A DNA stretch of 64,000 bases from Actinomycetota bacterium (GCA_030017835.1 JASEGU010000001.1:24341-88340), one strand, 5' to 3'. Positions 10,141-20,292 are shown, numbered from the stretch's first letter. Translations and numbers: made by a program. Notes: a model not told the origin generated them from the letters alone.

Positions 10141-11487
10141 TTGTTCAATAAGATACTCATAGCCAATCGCGGCGAGATCGCCCTAAGGATAATAAGGGCC
10201 TGCAAGGAGCTGGGGATAGCGACGGTTGCCGTCTACTCTGAGGCCGATAAGGAATCTCTCCACGTAAAGATGGCCGACGAAGCCGTCTGCATCGGACCAG
10301 CTCAGAGTGGACTCAGCTACCTAAATATTCCAAGCATCATAAGTGCGGCCGAACTGACCGGAGCTGAAGCGGTTCACCCCGGATACGGATTTTTGGCGGA
10401 AAACTCTTACTTTGCCGAAGTTCTTGGCTCATGCGATTTGACCTTCATCGGTCCCACCCCTAACGCCATCGAGCTGATGGGGCACAAGTCTGCGGCCAAA
10501 GATAAGGTGAAGGAGATAGGCGTCCCGACGATTCCCGGATCGGACGGCAAGATAGACGATCACAAGGAGGCATTGAAATTTGCCAAAAAGACCGGCTATC
10601 CCGTCATCATCAAGGCTTCGGCCGGCGGCGGGGGCAGGGGAATGCGGGCGGTTCAGAATGAGGCCGAGCTCATCGATCAGATCAAGATGGCTGAAACCGA
10701 GGCCAAAGCGGCCTTTGGTGACTCCGAAGTCTATATAGAAAAGTACCTAGAGGAGCCGCGTCACATCGAGTTTCAAATACTGGCAGACAAGTTTGGAAAC
10801 GTCATACACCTTGGCGAGCGGGACTGTTCCATACAGCGCCGTCATCAGAAGCTGATCGAGGAGGCCCCTTCAGTGGCTCTCAGCACAAAGCTCCGCAAGG
10901 AGATGGGAGAGGCGGCCATAAAGATCGCCAAGGCCGTCGGCTATGAGAACGCGGGAACGGTAGAATTTCTCCTTGACAAGCATGGAGACTTTTACTTCAT
11001 GGAGATGAATACGCGCGTCCAGGTAGAACATCCGGTGACCGAGGCTGTGACAGGAATCGATATCGTAAAAGAACAGATCAGGATCGCGGCCGGCGAAAAA
11101 TTGAAACATACCCAGGGTGAGGTCAAGATAATCGGTCATGCCATCGAATTTCGGATAAATGCCGAAGATCCGACCAAGAACTTCATGCCTCAAGCCGGTG
11201 ATGTCAAACTTTACAACCCGCCGGGCGGCCCGGGCGTTCGCGTTGATAGCCATCTCTATTCCGGCTATCGGGTTCCTCCCTACTACGATTCACTCATCGC
11301 CAAATTGATAGTCTGGGGAGAGACCAGAGACGAGGCCATAATCCGCTCAAAGAGGGTCTTGGAGGAGTTCATAGTGGTCGGCATCGAGACGATCGTACCC
11401 TTTCACCTAAAGGTCATAGATAACGCCTTTTTCAAGAAGGGTGAGATATACACCAATTTTGTCGCCCGAAGGATAATGGAGGATTGA
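10141..11487 (+). CDS. pycA: Biotin carboxylase (pyruvate carboxylase subunit A / AccC-type)
   Basis: It starts [17 protein letters not shown], has ATP-grasp motifs and is 448 aa. TTG start. Confidence 0.85.
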   Translation: MFNKILIANRGEIALRIIRACKELGIATVAVYSEADKESLHVKMADEAVCIGPAQSGLSYLNIPSIISAAELTGAEAVHPGYGFLAENSYFAEVLGSCDLTFIGPTPNAIELMGHKSAAKDKVKEIGVPTIPGSDGKIDDHKEALKFAKKTGYPVIIKASAGGGGRGMRAVQNEAELIDQIKMAETEAKAAFGDSEVYIEKYLEEPRHIEFQILADKFGNVIHLGERDCSIQRRHQKLIEEAPSVALSTKLRKEMGEAAIKIAKAVGYENAGTVEFLLDKHGDFYFMEMNTRVQVEHPVTEAVTGIDIVKEQIRIAAGEKLKHTQGEVKIIGHAIEFRINAEDPTKNFMPQAGDVKLYNPPGGPGVRVDSHLYSGYRVPPYYDSLIAKLIVWGETRDEAIIRSKRVLEEFIVVGIETIVPFHLKVIDNAFFKKGEIYTNFVARRIMED

Positions 11488-11598
11488 AAAGAGGAGAAAG
11501 TGGAAAGGGCCCTTAAATCAATGTTTAAGATAGATATAAAAGAGGTCAACATCTTTATCTGTGGCGCAAACCTTCTCAAATGAACGGATGCCGATCCG

Positions 11599-12027
11599 AT
11601 GCTTGAGCGAAGAAAGGCAAGGAGGATGGCTCTTGAAATTCTTTATGAAAAAGACATCCTCGGAGATACGATTGACGATATAATAAGGGTAAGAAACGCC
11701 TCGAACCGAGGAGCGCCCCTTTCCGATTTTGCTCTCACCCTGCTCCATGGCTTCGAAAGGAACCACGAGAAGATAGACGAGCTCATAGCCGAATATGCCG
11801 ACAATTGGTCGATAGACAGGATGCCGATAGTCGACAGGAATATAATCAGAATAGGCGTCTATGAAATGCTATTTGAGGAGGCCATTCCGATAAGGGTCTC
11901 GATAAACGAGGCTGTTGAGCTGGCCAAGATATTCGGCTCTGAAGATTCGAGCAAGTTCGTCAATGGAATCTTGGGCCGGATCGCCAGGGAGATGGGCGAA
12001 GAAGAGACGGTAGCTACGGAGGAGTAA
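11599..12027 (+). CDS. nusB: Transcription antitermination factor NusB
   Basis: It is 142 aa with NusB-like sequence (RRKARR.A...LY). It occupies the conserved position between accC and xseB/dxs. Confidence 0.8.
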   Translation: MLERRKARRMALEILYEKDILGDTIDDIIRVRNASNRGAPLSDFALTLLHGFERNHEKIDELIAEYADNWSIDRMPIVDRNIIRIGVYEMLFEEAIPIRVSINEAVELAKIFGSEDSSKFVNGILGRIAREMGEEETVATEE

Positions 12028-12028
12028 G

Positions 12029-12241
12029 TTGGCCGCAAAAGAGGATGGATTCGACCAATTGATGGATAGATTGAAAGAGATAGTTGAGAAGGTGCAGGAC
12101 GTCTCGCTCGGCCTTGAAGGATCGCTCAATCTCCTGGAGGAGGGCATAGACATCGCCAACAGGTGCACCGAAAGGGTCGACAGGATAGTGGGCGAAGAAG
12201 GCATCGGTCTTAAAGAAGACGTCGCCAAGCCCCATTTATAA
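12029..12241 (+). CDS. xseB: Exodeoxyribonuclease VII small subunit
   Basis: It is 70 aa with XseB-like sequence (F.Q.M.RLE.IV..LE...L.LEES..L...G). TTG start 2 nt after the nusB stop, with a GGAGGAG SD. Confidence 0.7.
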   Translation: MAAKEDGFDQLMDRLKEIVEKVQDVSLGLEGSLNLLEEGIDIANRCTERVDRIVGEEGIGLKEDVAKPHL

Positions 12242-12275
12242 ATTTCGCCTCCAATCCTACGGAGACTGATCCGTT

Positions 12276-14213
12276 ATGAGAAAGATATTGAATAAGATAG
12301 AATCGCCTAAAGACCTAAAATCCCTATCACATCAGGAGTTAAAGGAGATTGCTGCCGAGATTAGGGACGAGATGATCAGAGTCGTTTCCGTAAACGGCGG
12401 TCACCTCGCCCCAAGTCTTGGCGTCGTCGAATTGACCATCGGGATTCATCTGGCTCTTGAGTCGCCAAAAGACAGCATAATTTTCGACGTCGGCCATCAA
12501 GCATATGTCCACAAGATCCTGACCGGTCGTCTCAAAAAGTTCTCTACCTTAAGGAGACACGGGGGCTTGAGCGGATTTCCAAAGAGAGCCGAATCGGAGC
12601 ATGACATCTTCGATACGGGCCACGCCAGCAATTCGATAAGCGTCGCTCTCGGAATAGCCGAGGCTAAAAGGATGAAAGGGGAAGCTGGAACGACGCTTGC
12701 CGTAATCGGTGATGGCTCACTTACGGGAGGCATGGCTTATGAGGGACTAAATCAGGCCGGTCATCTAAAGACCCCCATGATCGTAATATTGAACGACAAC
12801 GGCATGTCGATAGCGAGAAACGTCGGCGCCTTTTCCTCTTATCTTGCCCGGATCAGGTTCGATCCGACCCTTTACAAGATACGGGAAGAGATGGAGCACA
12901 AAGTTATAAAAATGATTAAAACTATCCCCGGTGTCGGGAGCAAGATATCTTCGATAGCTGAGGGCTTGAAAGAGAGTCTGAAACATATCCTGGTTCCGGG
13001 CATGATCTTCGAAGAACTCGGTTGGAAATATATCGGTCCCATAGATGGACACGATGCCGAGTTAGTGGCCTCGACCATCAGGATTGCCAAGGAGATAGGG
13101 GCCCCCGTCGTCATCCATTGTTTAACTAAGAAGGGCAAGGGCTACCCCTTCGCTGAGAATCATCCGGAGCGCTTTCATGGGACAGGTCCCTTTGAGATAG
13201 ATACCGGTGAGGTTATAAAGTCGGCAAAGAAGACCTACACCGAGGTATTCGGTGAGGCCCTCTTAGAGATAGCAGAGAGCGATGAGAGGCTGGTTGCGAT
13301 AACGGCGGCCATGCCGGCTGGGACCGGTCTTGACGTCTTTGCCAAGAGATTCCCTGCTCGCTTCTATGACGTCGGTATAGCCGAGCAGCACGCCGTAACC
13401 TTCGCATCCGGCCTTGCCCTCGAAGGTTATCTGCCGGTTGTCGCCATCTATTCGACATTTTTGCAGAGGTCTTTCGATCAGATAATCCAAGATGTAGCCC
13501 TGCAAAACCTGCACGTCATCTTCGCCATCGATAGGGCCGGCCTCGTCGGAGAGGATGGCCCGACCCATCACGGAGTTTTCGACCTCTCCTACTTAAGGCA
13601 GATTCCCAATATGACCATAATGTCTCCCAAGGATGAATTCGAGCTCAAAGATATGATCCACTTCTCGACCGAGCTTTCGGGTGCGGTTGCCATCAGGTAT
13701 CCTAGGGGTTCTTCCAGCGGGGTTAAGATAAAAAGCGCGTCGAGCAAGCTAAGGCTGGGCAAGGCTGAGGTTTTACGGACCGGCTCAGGCGTTGCCATAA
13801 TTGCGGTCGGCCGGATGGTTCAGCCCTCTCTTGCGGCGGCCAAGCTGCTTGCGGCCGCGGGCATCGATGCCAGTGTTGTAAATGCCAGATTCGTCAAACC
13901 TTTAGACGAGGAGCTATACGCTAGGCTCGCCAAGGAACACGATCTCATAGTCACGGTCGAGGAGAACTCGATCGTAGGCGGGTTTGGAAGCGGCGTTCTG
14001 GAATTTTTTAGCGAAAGATCTATCGAGACGCCTTTTTTGAAGATAGCTCTGCCCGATGAATTCGTAGAACACGGGGCAGTATCGATACTCCACGCCGTAG
14101 TCGGTCTTGACTGCAATGGGGTGACCGAGAGGATAAGCGAAAAGTGCGAGGCAATGGGGATTGGCGCAAAGAGTAAGGCTCGACAATTTACTCGTAAAAC
14201 AGGCCAGATTTAA
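12276..14213 (+). CDS. dxs: 1-deoxy-D-xylulose-5-phosphate synthase
   Basis: It is 645 aa. It has the Dxs N-terminus (L..I..P.DLK.LS...L..LA.EIR), a TPP-binding region (GDG..TGGMA.EGLN) and transketolase-like domains. Confidence 0.9.
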   Translation: MRKILNKIESPKDLKSLSHQELKEIAAEIRDEMIRVVSVNGGHLAPSLGVVELTIGIHLALESPKDSIIFDVGHQAYVHKILTGRLKKFSTLRRHGGLSGFPKRAESEHDIFDTGHASNSISVALGIAEAKRMKGEAGTTLAVIGDGSLTGGMAYEGLNQAGHLKTPMIVILNDNGMSIARNVGAFSSYLARIRFDPTLYKIREEMEHKVIKMIKTIPGVGSKISSIAEGLKESLKHILVPGMIFEELGWKYIGPIDGHDAELVASTIRIAKEIGAPVVIHCLTKKGKGYPFAENHPERFHGTGPFEIDTGEVIKSAKKTYTEVFGEALLEIAESDERLVAITAAMPAGTGLDVFAKRFPARFYDVGIAEQHAVTFASGLALEGYLPVVAIYSTFLQRSFDQIIQDVALQNLHVIFAIDRAGLVGEDGPTHHGVFDLSYLRQIPNMTIMSPKDEFELKDMIHFSTELSGAVAIRYPRGSSSGVKIKSASSKLRLGKAEVLRTGSGVAIIAVGRMVQPSLAAAKLLAAAGIDASVVNARFVKPLDEELYARLAKEHDLIVTVEENSIVGGFGSGVLEFFSERSIETPFLKIALPDEFVEHGAVSILHAVVGLDCNGVTERISEKCEAMGIGAKSKARQFTRKTGQI

Positions 14214-14961
14214 GAGTCGTGAGTCGGCCAAGGAGGCCATAATATCCGGCCGGATTTTTGTGGATGGCTTTCCATGTGATAAACCGGCAAGGCTAGTCTC
14301 TTTAGATAGCGATATTTCGATCATCGATGACAAGCCTGAGTCCTTTGTCTCTAGGGGAGGAACAAAGCTCAAAGAGGCCTTGGATAGGTTCGATATCGAT
14401 CCAACCGGCAAGGTAGCTCTGGACGCCGGTATCTCGACGGGTGGGTTTACCGATTGCCTCCTTAAGGAGGGGGCGAGGTTGGTAATTGGGGTGGATGTTG
14501 GTTACGGCCAGCTGGATTGGGCCTTAAGGAACGATCCCAGACTTCAGCTCTTTGAGCGGACCAACATAAAGGATTTGAGCCCAGATCTTCTTGTCGAATC
14601 AGCCGACATCGTGCTGGCCGACCTCTCTTTCATTTCGATAACCAAGGTCTTTAAGAGCTTAAAAAGTCTGGCTAAAGAGGACGCAGACTTCATCATTCTA
14701 ATCAAACCCCAGTTTGAAGTGGGTAAAAAGGACGTTGGCAAGGGGGGGATAATAAGGGATCCGCTCCTTCATGAGAGGGTCTTAAAGGACCTGCACAGGT
14801 TCTTCGCATTTGAGGGGGCAAGGGTTCTTGAGATAATCGGGTCCCCCATAAAAGGGAGCAAGGGCAACAAGGAATTCTTCTTCCACATATCCTTCAAGAG
14901 AGAAGGGCCCGCCCCCTTAGAGCTTGACCAGAAGATAGACGAGTTGGTTTTCGATGAGTAA
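14161..14961 (+). CDS. tlyA: TlyA-family rRNA 2'-O-methyltransferase (S4 + FtsJ-like domain)
   Basis: It has an S4 RNA-binding N-terminus (RLDNLLV...SRE.A...I..G.V.V) and an FtsJ methyltransferase motif (LDAGISTGGFTDCLL). The TTG start lies 53 nt inside the dxs 3' end. Confidence 0.8.
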   Translation: MAQRVRLDNLLVKQARFKSRESAKEAIISGRIFVDGFPCDKPARLVSLDSDISIIDDKPESFVSRGGTKLKEALDRFDIDPTGKVALDAGISTGGFTDCLLKEGARLVIGVDVGYGQLDWALRNDPRLQLFERTNIKDLSPDLLVESADIVLADLSFISITKVFKSLKSLAKEDADFIILIKPQFEVGKKDVGKGGIIRDPLLHERVLKDLHRFFAFEGARVLEIIGSPIKGSKGNKEFFFHISFKREGPAPLELDQKIDELVFDE

Positions 14962-14997
14962 AAGGGCCGCCCAAGACGGAGCGTAGAAAGGGAAGAG

Positions 14998-15861
14998 ATG
15001 AAGGTTGCTCTGGTTGTTCATACCAAAAAACCCAACGTGAAAGAGATCGTCAAGGATCTCGCAGACTGGCTTAAAGAGCGAAACATCGATCTCAACATGA
15101 TAGAAGAGGACGCCCTTGCTCTCGGTTTTGAAGGGTTCGGTCTACCGGCTGAAGAGTTGACCAGGGGCGCAAGTCTTTTGATCTCTCTGGGTGGCGACGG
15201 AACCATCCTAAGAGCGGTCAGATACATAACCCAAGATGAACTTCTTATCCTCGGGGTGAACCTCGGCAAACTCGGATTTTTAACCGAAATCAGGGCCGAA
15301 GAACTCTTTTTTGCGCTCGGCCGTTATTTGGCCAAAGACTATCACGATGACAAGCGGGCAATGCTTAGGGTGAGAGCCAGATCCGGCAAGAAACTTATCC
15401 TCGAGCAGGACGTCCTAAATGAAGTCGTCGTCGGCCGCGGCGCCCAGCAGCGCCTGGTCGAGTTCTCCGTTCTCATTAACGATAAAGTGTTTACCGATTA
15501 CGCGGCCGACTCGGTCATCTTCTCTACCCCGACGGGCTCGACGGCCTACTCCCTTTCGGCGGGAGGCCCCTTGGCCTCCCCCAAAGTAAGCTCGATTCTG
15601 ATGACCCCGGTCTGTCCCCACTCCTTCTTCAACAGGAGCCTTCTCTTGAGCGGGGAAGATGGGATCAAGGTGGTGTTTACCAAGGAGAGCCAAGACTTCT
15701 CCCTGGCCCTGGACGGGATAGTCGCCCAGCTTGGCGAAAGCATAAACGTGGTCGAGATCGAGACATCGAGCCGTCTCGTCAATCTAATGAGGCTGACGGG
15801 CAGAGACTTCTATGCGAACCTAAAAGATAACTTGAATAATTGGACTAAGATCGGTGATTGA
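14998..15861 (+). CDS. nadK: NAD kinase
   Basis: It carries the GGDGT motif (SLGGDGTILRA) and the NAD kinase C-terminal domain. It is 287 aa. Confidence 0.85.
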   Translation: MKVALVVHTKKPNVKEIVKDLADWLKERNIDLNMIEEDALALGFEGFGLPAEELTRGASLLISLGGDGTILRAVRYITQDELLILGVNLGKLGFLTEIRAEELFFALGRYLAKDYHDDKRAMLRVRARSGKKLILEQDVLNEVVVGRGAQQRLVEFSVLINDKVFTDYAADSVIFSTPTGSTAYSLSAGGPLASPKVSSILMTPVCPHSFFNRSLLLSGEDGIKVVFTKESQDFSLALDGIVAQLGESINVVEIETSSRLVNLMRLTGRDFYANLKDNLNNWTKIGD

Positions 15862-15864
15862 CCG

Positions 15865-17553
15865 ATGTTAAGAGAGCTCCATATAAAGAATCTAATCTTA
15901 ATCGACGAGCTCTATATCGAGTTCGACCGCGGTTTAAATGTCTTAACCGGCGAGACCGGGGCGGGCAAGACGGCGCTTATCGAGGCGGTAAACCTTCTTT
16001 TGGGAGAGCGAAGCGATACCGGCATGATTCGTTCCGGCACCGATGAAGCCAAGGTTGAAGGCCTATTTACCATTCCGCCATCCCGTCTTTTAGAGCTGGA
16101 AGATTTAAGGGAGTACCTTGGAGACAGCGCCGAATATGTGATAGTTCGCAAGATTTCCAAAGAGGGAAAGAGCAAGTGTTACATCAACGGAAATATGGTC
16201 ACTCTTTCGACGATTAAAGATCTCGGAAACCTCCTGATCGACCTGCATGGTCAACACGACCACCAGTCCCTTCTCAAAACCGCAAATCATCTAAATTTTC
16301 TCGATCGATATGGCGGAAGCGATCTTCTGGAATTAAAGAGCAAGTATCAAGCGAAGCACTTAAGCTTGAAGCGAGACACGGGCCTCTTAAATAGACTTAG
16401 CGACTCCAAGGGCGAGAGGGAAAAAGAGAAAGACCTTCTTAAGTTTCAGATCGATGAGATAGAGAATGCCGCCTTGACTCTGGGTGAAGAGGAGGCCCTC
16501 GTCCAAGAGGCTGAAGTGTTGAGCAGTTCTGAAAGGATAATGGAGGCCCTCCTATCGACCAAGGACTCGATCTCGTCCGACTTGGATAACTCCGTTATGG
16601 ATAGTTTAAAGAGATCTGAGGTGCTCCTCTCCAAGGTAGCTGACTTAGAGCCCCGTCTTTTCGCAGCTCATCAACGGCTAGAGGGAATCTCGGTTGAGCT
16701 AGAGGATTTGGCCGGCGAGCTCAGAAGGCTCGCAGAAGATTTCGCCTATAATCCAGAGCGGTTAAAAGAGGTTCAAGACCGCTTGGCCGCCATATCGTTT
16801 CTCAAGAAGAAGTATGGCCAGAGTGTGGGCGAGATACTCTACTTTTTGGAGCGGGCCAAGCAAGAGCTCTCCCTCATAGATGACTCAGGCGAGCGGATCA
16901 AAGATCTCTTTGAGTCGGTCGAGGCATCCAAGGTCGAGCTCTACTCGTTGGGCGTTGAGCTCTCAAAGAGACGCCTCAAGGCGGCCAGCCTCTTTGAGGC
17001 CGAAGTCATAACCCACCTCAAAGATTTAAATATGGTTAAGATCGACTTTAAGGTAGACATTGAGACGCTGGGACGAGAGGACTTGCTCCAATCGAGCACG
17101 GGTATCGATAGGATCGAGTTTTTGATCTCACCCAACCAGGGTGAGGCCCTAAGGCCCCTTGCTAAGATCGCTTCCGGCGGCGAGATATCCAGGGTGATGC
17201 TGGCCTTGAAGATCGCCCTTGCCAAGGTGGATGAGATAGAGACCCTGATCTTCGATGAGATAGACAGCGGCGTTGGGGCCGTAACGGCCGGATATGTGGG
17301 CGAGAAATTGAGCCTCCTTTCAGATACCCACCAGATAATTTGCGTGACCCATCTTCCTCAAATAGCGGCCTATGGCGAACTTCATTACCGCGTCTTCAAG
17401 GAGGAAGAAAGCGGGGCCACCAAGACCCATATAGACAAGCTATCTTTTGATGATAGAATTGATGAGATTGCAAGGATGCTTGGAGGAAAAGGAAGCCCGA
17501 CAGAGCTCTCCAAGGAGCATGCCAAAGAACTCCTCAAACTAGCCATAGGCTAA
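15865..17553 (+). CDS. recN: DNA repair protein RecN
   Basis: It is 562 aa with the SMC-like N-terminus (L.I.N..LI..L...F..GLNVLTGETGAGKT) and coiled-coil regions. The C-terminal signature region (EISRVMLALKIAL..TLIFDEIDSGVG) is present. Confidence 0.9.
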   Translation: MLRELHIKNLILIDELYIEFDRGLNVLTGETGAGKTALIEAVNLLLGERSDTGMIRSGTDEAKVEGLFTIPPSRLLELEDLREYLGDSAEYVIVRKISKEGKSKCYINGNMVTLSTIKDLGNLLIDLHGQHDHQSLLKTANHLNFLDRYGGSDLLELKSKYQAKHLSLKRDTGLLNRLSDSKGEREKEKDLLKFQIDEIENAALTLGEEEALVQEAEVLSSSERIMEALLSTKDSISSDLDNSVMDSLKRSEVLLSKVADLEPRLFAAHQRLEGISVELEDLAGELRRLAEDFAYNPERLKEVQDRLAAISFLKKKYGQSVGEILYFLERAKQELSLIDDSGERIKDLFESVEASKVELYSLGVELSKRRLKAASLFEAEVITHLKDLNMVKIDFKVDIETLGREDLLQSSTGIDRIEFLISPNQGEALRPLAKIASGGEISRVMLALKIALAKVDEIETLIFDEIDSGVGAVTAGYVGEKLSLLSDTHQIICVTHLPQIAAYGELHYRVFKEEESGATKTHIDKLSFDDRIDEIARMLGGKGSPTELSKEHAKELLKLAIG

Positions 17554-17628
17554 TTGCTCCCTGATTTCTAGGTAAACTGGTCTTTATAGCTCTTTTATGT
17601 TTTTAAATATCCTTCGAGGGTAGGTTCA

Positions 17629-18750
17629 GTGGTGCAAACGGGTAGGGCGATGATGGATCGCCGGACAAAAAGATTGGTCAAGCGGCTCAAAGCGAGCGAT
17701 ATCGCCGTGATTGATCACATAGATCTGGATAAGGTTACGGCCGAGGCGCTTTTGGAGACCGGAGTCAAGACGGTCATCAACGCCTCAGCCTCCATATCGG
17801 GCAAGTACCCCAACCTCGGCCCCTTCCTCCTGGCTTCCCAAGAGGTGAACATCATCGATAATGTAGGTGAAGAGATATTTGAGCTCGCGCTCGAGGGGGA
17901 AGAGATCAGGGTGGAGGGAGAGAGGGTTATCCTTGCCTCAGGTCGCACCTTGGAGGGGGAAGTCCTCGATAAGCCGGCAATCGAAGAGAAGATGGAGGCG
18001 GCTCGGGAGAATATCAGCCACGAGATCGATAAATTTGCCACAAACACATTAGATTACATGAAGCGCGAAAAGGGTCTTCTCCACGGGGGAGAAGAGATGC
18101 CGGATAGCCGCATCGATTTCAAGGACAGACACGTACTCATCGTGGTCAGAGGATATGATTATAAGGCCGATCTTATAGCCTTGCGATCCTACATCAGGGA
18201 AGTTCGCCCGATACTTATCGGGGTCGATGGCGGAGCGGATGCCCTGATACAGGAGGGCTATAAACCTGATATAATCATGGGAGATATGGATAGCGTGGCC
18301 GATCAGACGCTTGAAGCGGGGGCTGAATTAATCGTACACGCCTATCGGGACGGGAGCGCACCCGGCCTTAAGCGTCTTGAGAGGATGGGGCTTTCGGCTA
18401 AAACCTTTGCTTATGCGGGCACCAGCGAGGATATAGCCATGCTCTTTGCCTTCGAGAAGGGGGCCGAGCTCATAGTTGCCGTCGGAACCCATCTCAATCT
18501 GGTCGAATTCTTGGATAAAGGCAGGGCCGGAATGGCCAGCACATTTTTGGTCCGCTTAAAGGTCGGTGAGAGGCTGATAGATGCCAAGGGAGTTAGCAGG
18601 CTATACAGGAGCCAAGTAAAACCGCTCCACTTGATGGTTCTGGTCGCCTCGGCTTTGACAACCGCCGTTGTTATCATCACCTTTTCGACCAGCATCAGGA
18701 GCCTTTTTAGGCTGATCGTGCTGAAACTTCGAATAGTATTTGGTTATTAG
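17629..18750 (+). CDS. steA: SteA-like protein (thiamine pyrophosphokinase-like domain, C-terminal TM segment); putative cytokinetic-ring associated protein
   Basis: Its architecture and position (after recN, before a MctB/SteB-like gene and pyrG) match actinobacterial steA (Rv1697 / cg1603 family). It has a hydrophobic C-terminus. Confidence 0.55.
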   Translation: MVQTGRAMMDRRTKRLVKRLKASDIAVIDHIDLDKVTAEALLETGVKTVINASASISGKYPNLGPFLLASQEVNIIDNVGEEIFELALEGEEIRVEGERVILASGRTLEGEVLDKPAIEEKMEAARENISHEIDKFATNTLDYMKREKGLLHGGEEMPDSRIDFKDRHVLIVVRGYDYKADLIALRSYIREVRPILIGVDGGADALIQEGYKPDIIMGDMDSVADQTLEAGAELIVHAYRDGSAPGLKRLERMGLSAKTFAYAGTSEDIAMLFAFEKGAELIVAVGTHLNLVEFLDKGRAGMASTFLVRLKVGERLIDAKGVSRLYRSQVKPLHLMVLVASALTTAVVIITFSTSIRSLFRLIVLKLRIVFGY

Positions 18751-18762
18751 GGGGCTTTAAGG

Positions 18763-19614
18763 GTGCTCGATTTCAAATATCATATCTCCTCTTTGATCGC
18801 GGTCTTTTTGGCTCTGGCTGTGGGGATACTGTTGGGTTTGGTGATCGTGGACAAGGGGATAATTGCCAAACAGCAACAGACCTTGATTGATAGCGTCCAG
18901 ACCGACATCAAACAGGTTCAAGAGGAAAACCAGGCAATTAAACTGGACTTCGAGGACTCGGTTAAGGTAGAGAGGGCTCTGCTCCCCCTGGCCGTGGAGG
19001 GCCGCCTTTCCGGGCGAAATCTCGTCTTCATATCGAGCAAAAAATACCCGGACGGATTGATCGACACCTTAAAGAAGGCAGCCACATTAGCCGGGGCCAG
19101 GGGGAGCTTCCTCACCGTTCAACCGGATCTTGGTCTCTCCACTAAGAGCAATTTTGCCGCCTTGTCGGCCATCTTGGGCGAAGGCTTATCTGCCGAAGAG
19201 CTCAAGATGATAGTGACCCAGCGTCTGGCCGGCGAGCTCTCTTCCGTCACCGATCGCGCCCTCTTCAATAAATTGACCTCCCTAAAGATCATAAGGAGCG
19301 ATTCCAAGGTCTTTTTGCCTGGAAGCGACTTCATATTCGTCGGTAGCGATATGGAAGATTTCAATCCCAAAGCCTTCGATTTGCCCTTGATAGAAGAGCT
19401 GAAACTTCGCACCGAACGGGTAGTTGCCGTCGAGACTGAAGATATCAAGAACTCCTCCATTCCTCTCTATCAGGAGTCGTCCATCTCCACCGTGGATAAT
19501 ATCGATGAGGTCTCCGGCCTCATCTCTCTGACCTATTCTTTGAGCGGATCTCCCGGACACTATGGATCGAAGGAGACGAGCGAGCGTCTGCTTCCCAAAG
19601 AGATGACGGATTGA
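18763..19614 (+). CDS. SteB / MctB-family membrane-anchored protein
   Basis: It has an N-terminal TM helix, a coiled-coil segment (QQQTLIDSVQTDIKQVQEENQ) and a C-terminal domain. It lies in the conserved steA-steB position. GTG start with an AGGGGG SD. Confidence 0.5.
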   Translation: MLDFKYHISSLIAVFLALAVGILLGLVIVDKGIIAKQQQTLIDSVQTDIKQVQEENQAIKLDFEDSVKVERALLPLAVEGRLSGRNLVFISSKKYPDGLIDTLKKAATLAGARGSFLTVQPDLGLSTKSNFAALSAILGEGLSAEELKMIVTQRLAGELSSVTDRALFNKLTSLKIIRSDSKVFLPGSDFIFVGSDMEDFNPKAFDLPLIEELKLRTERVVAVETEDIKNSSIPLYQESSISTVDNIDEVSGLISLTYSLSGSPGHYGSKETSERLLPKEMTD

Positions 19615-20288
19615 TGGTGAATAAGGGTAGGGTGATAGCCCTCATTCCCACCTTTAACGAGGCGGAGCGGATCTCTGCGACCGTCAAGGCCGCCAAAAGG
19701 ATCGCCGCTCTCGATGATGTCTATGTTGTAGATGATGCCTCCAGCGATGAAACGGTTAGTTTAGCCAAAGAGAGCGGGGCAGAGGTCTTCATAAACGAGC
19801 GAAATCTGGGGAAGGGGGCCTCTTTGAATGGGGCCATCGCAAGACTAGATTTCGATGTAATCCTTCTTCTCGACGGCGATTTGGGAGAATCGGCCATCGA
19901 AGGCGAGAAACTCCTTGCCCCCATCCTAGCAGGTGAGGCCGACATGGCGATAGCCGATTTCCCAAAGGCAAAAAGAAAAGGGGGATTTGGCCTGGTCAAG
20001 GGTGTGGCCAGATGGGGGATAGAGAAACTAGCCGGCCAGCCTTTTGACGAGCCGCTATCCGGCCAGAGAGCCATAAAAAGGGAGGTCCTGGTCGCCGTCG
20101 GCCCATTTGAAGGGGGCTTTGGGGTCGAGACGGCTCTGACTATAGACGCCTTGAAAAAGGGATTTAAGGTTATAGAGGTCAAAACAGGGATGTCACACGC
20201 TGAGACCGGGCGAGATATCAAAGGGTTCATTCACAGGGGTCGCCAGCTTATGGATGTGATAAGGGTCATAATCAAACGCTTGGGGTAA
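19611..20288 (+). CDS. Glycosyltransferase family 2 (polyprenyl-phosphate sugar synthase-like, DPM1/GtrB-like)
   Basis: It has the GT-A N-terminus (ALIPTFNE...I......VYVVDDASSDET) and a DGD motif (LLDGDL). It is 225 aa with no C-terminal TM. Confidence 0.7.
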   Translation: MMVNKGRVIALIPTFNEAERISATVKAAKRIAALDDVYVVDDASSDETVSLAKESGAEVFINERNLGKGASLNGAIARLDFDVILLLDGDLGESAIEGEKLLAPILAGEADMAIADFPKAKRKGGFGLVKGVARWGIEKLAGQPFDEPLSGQRAIKREVLVAVGPFEGGFGVETALTIDALKKGFKVIEVKTGMSHAETGRDIKGFIHRGRQLMDVIRVIIKRLG

Positions 20289-20292
20289 TCTA

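Noticed and set aside
11518-11766. 82-aa minus-strand ORF across the accC-nusB spacer and nusB 5' end
   Set aside because: It overlaps the well-supported nusB start. It has no RBS and an improbable composition. The region is better explained by plus-strand features.
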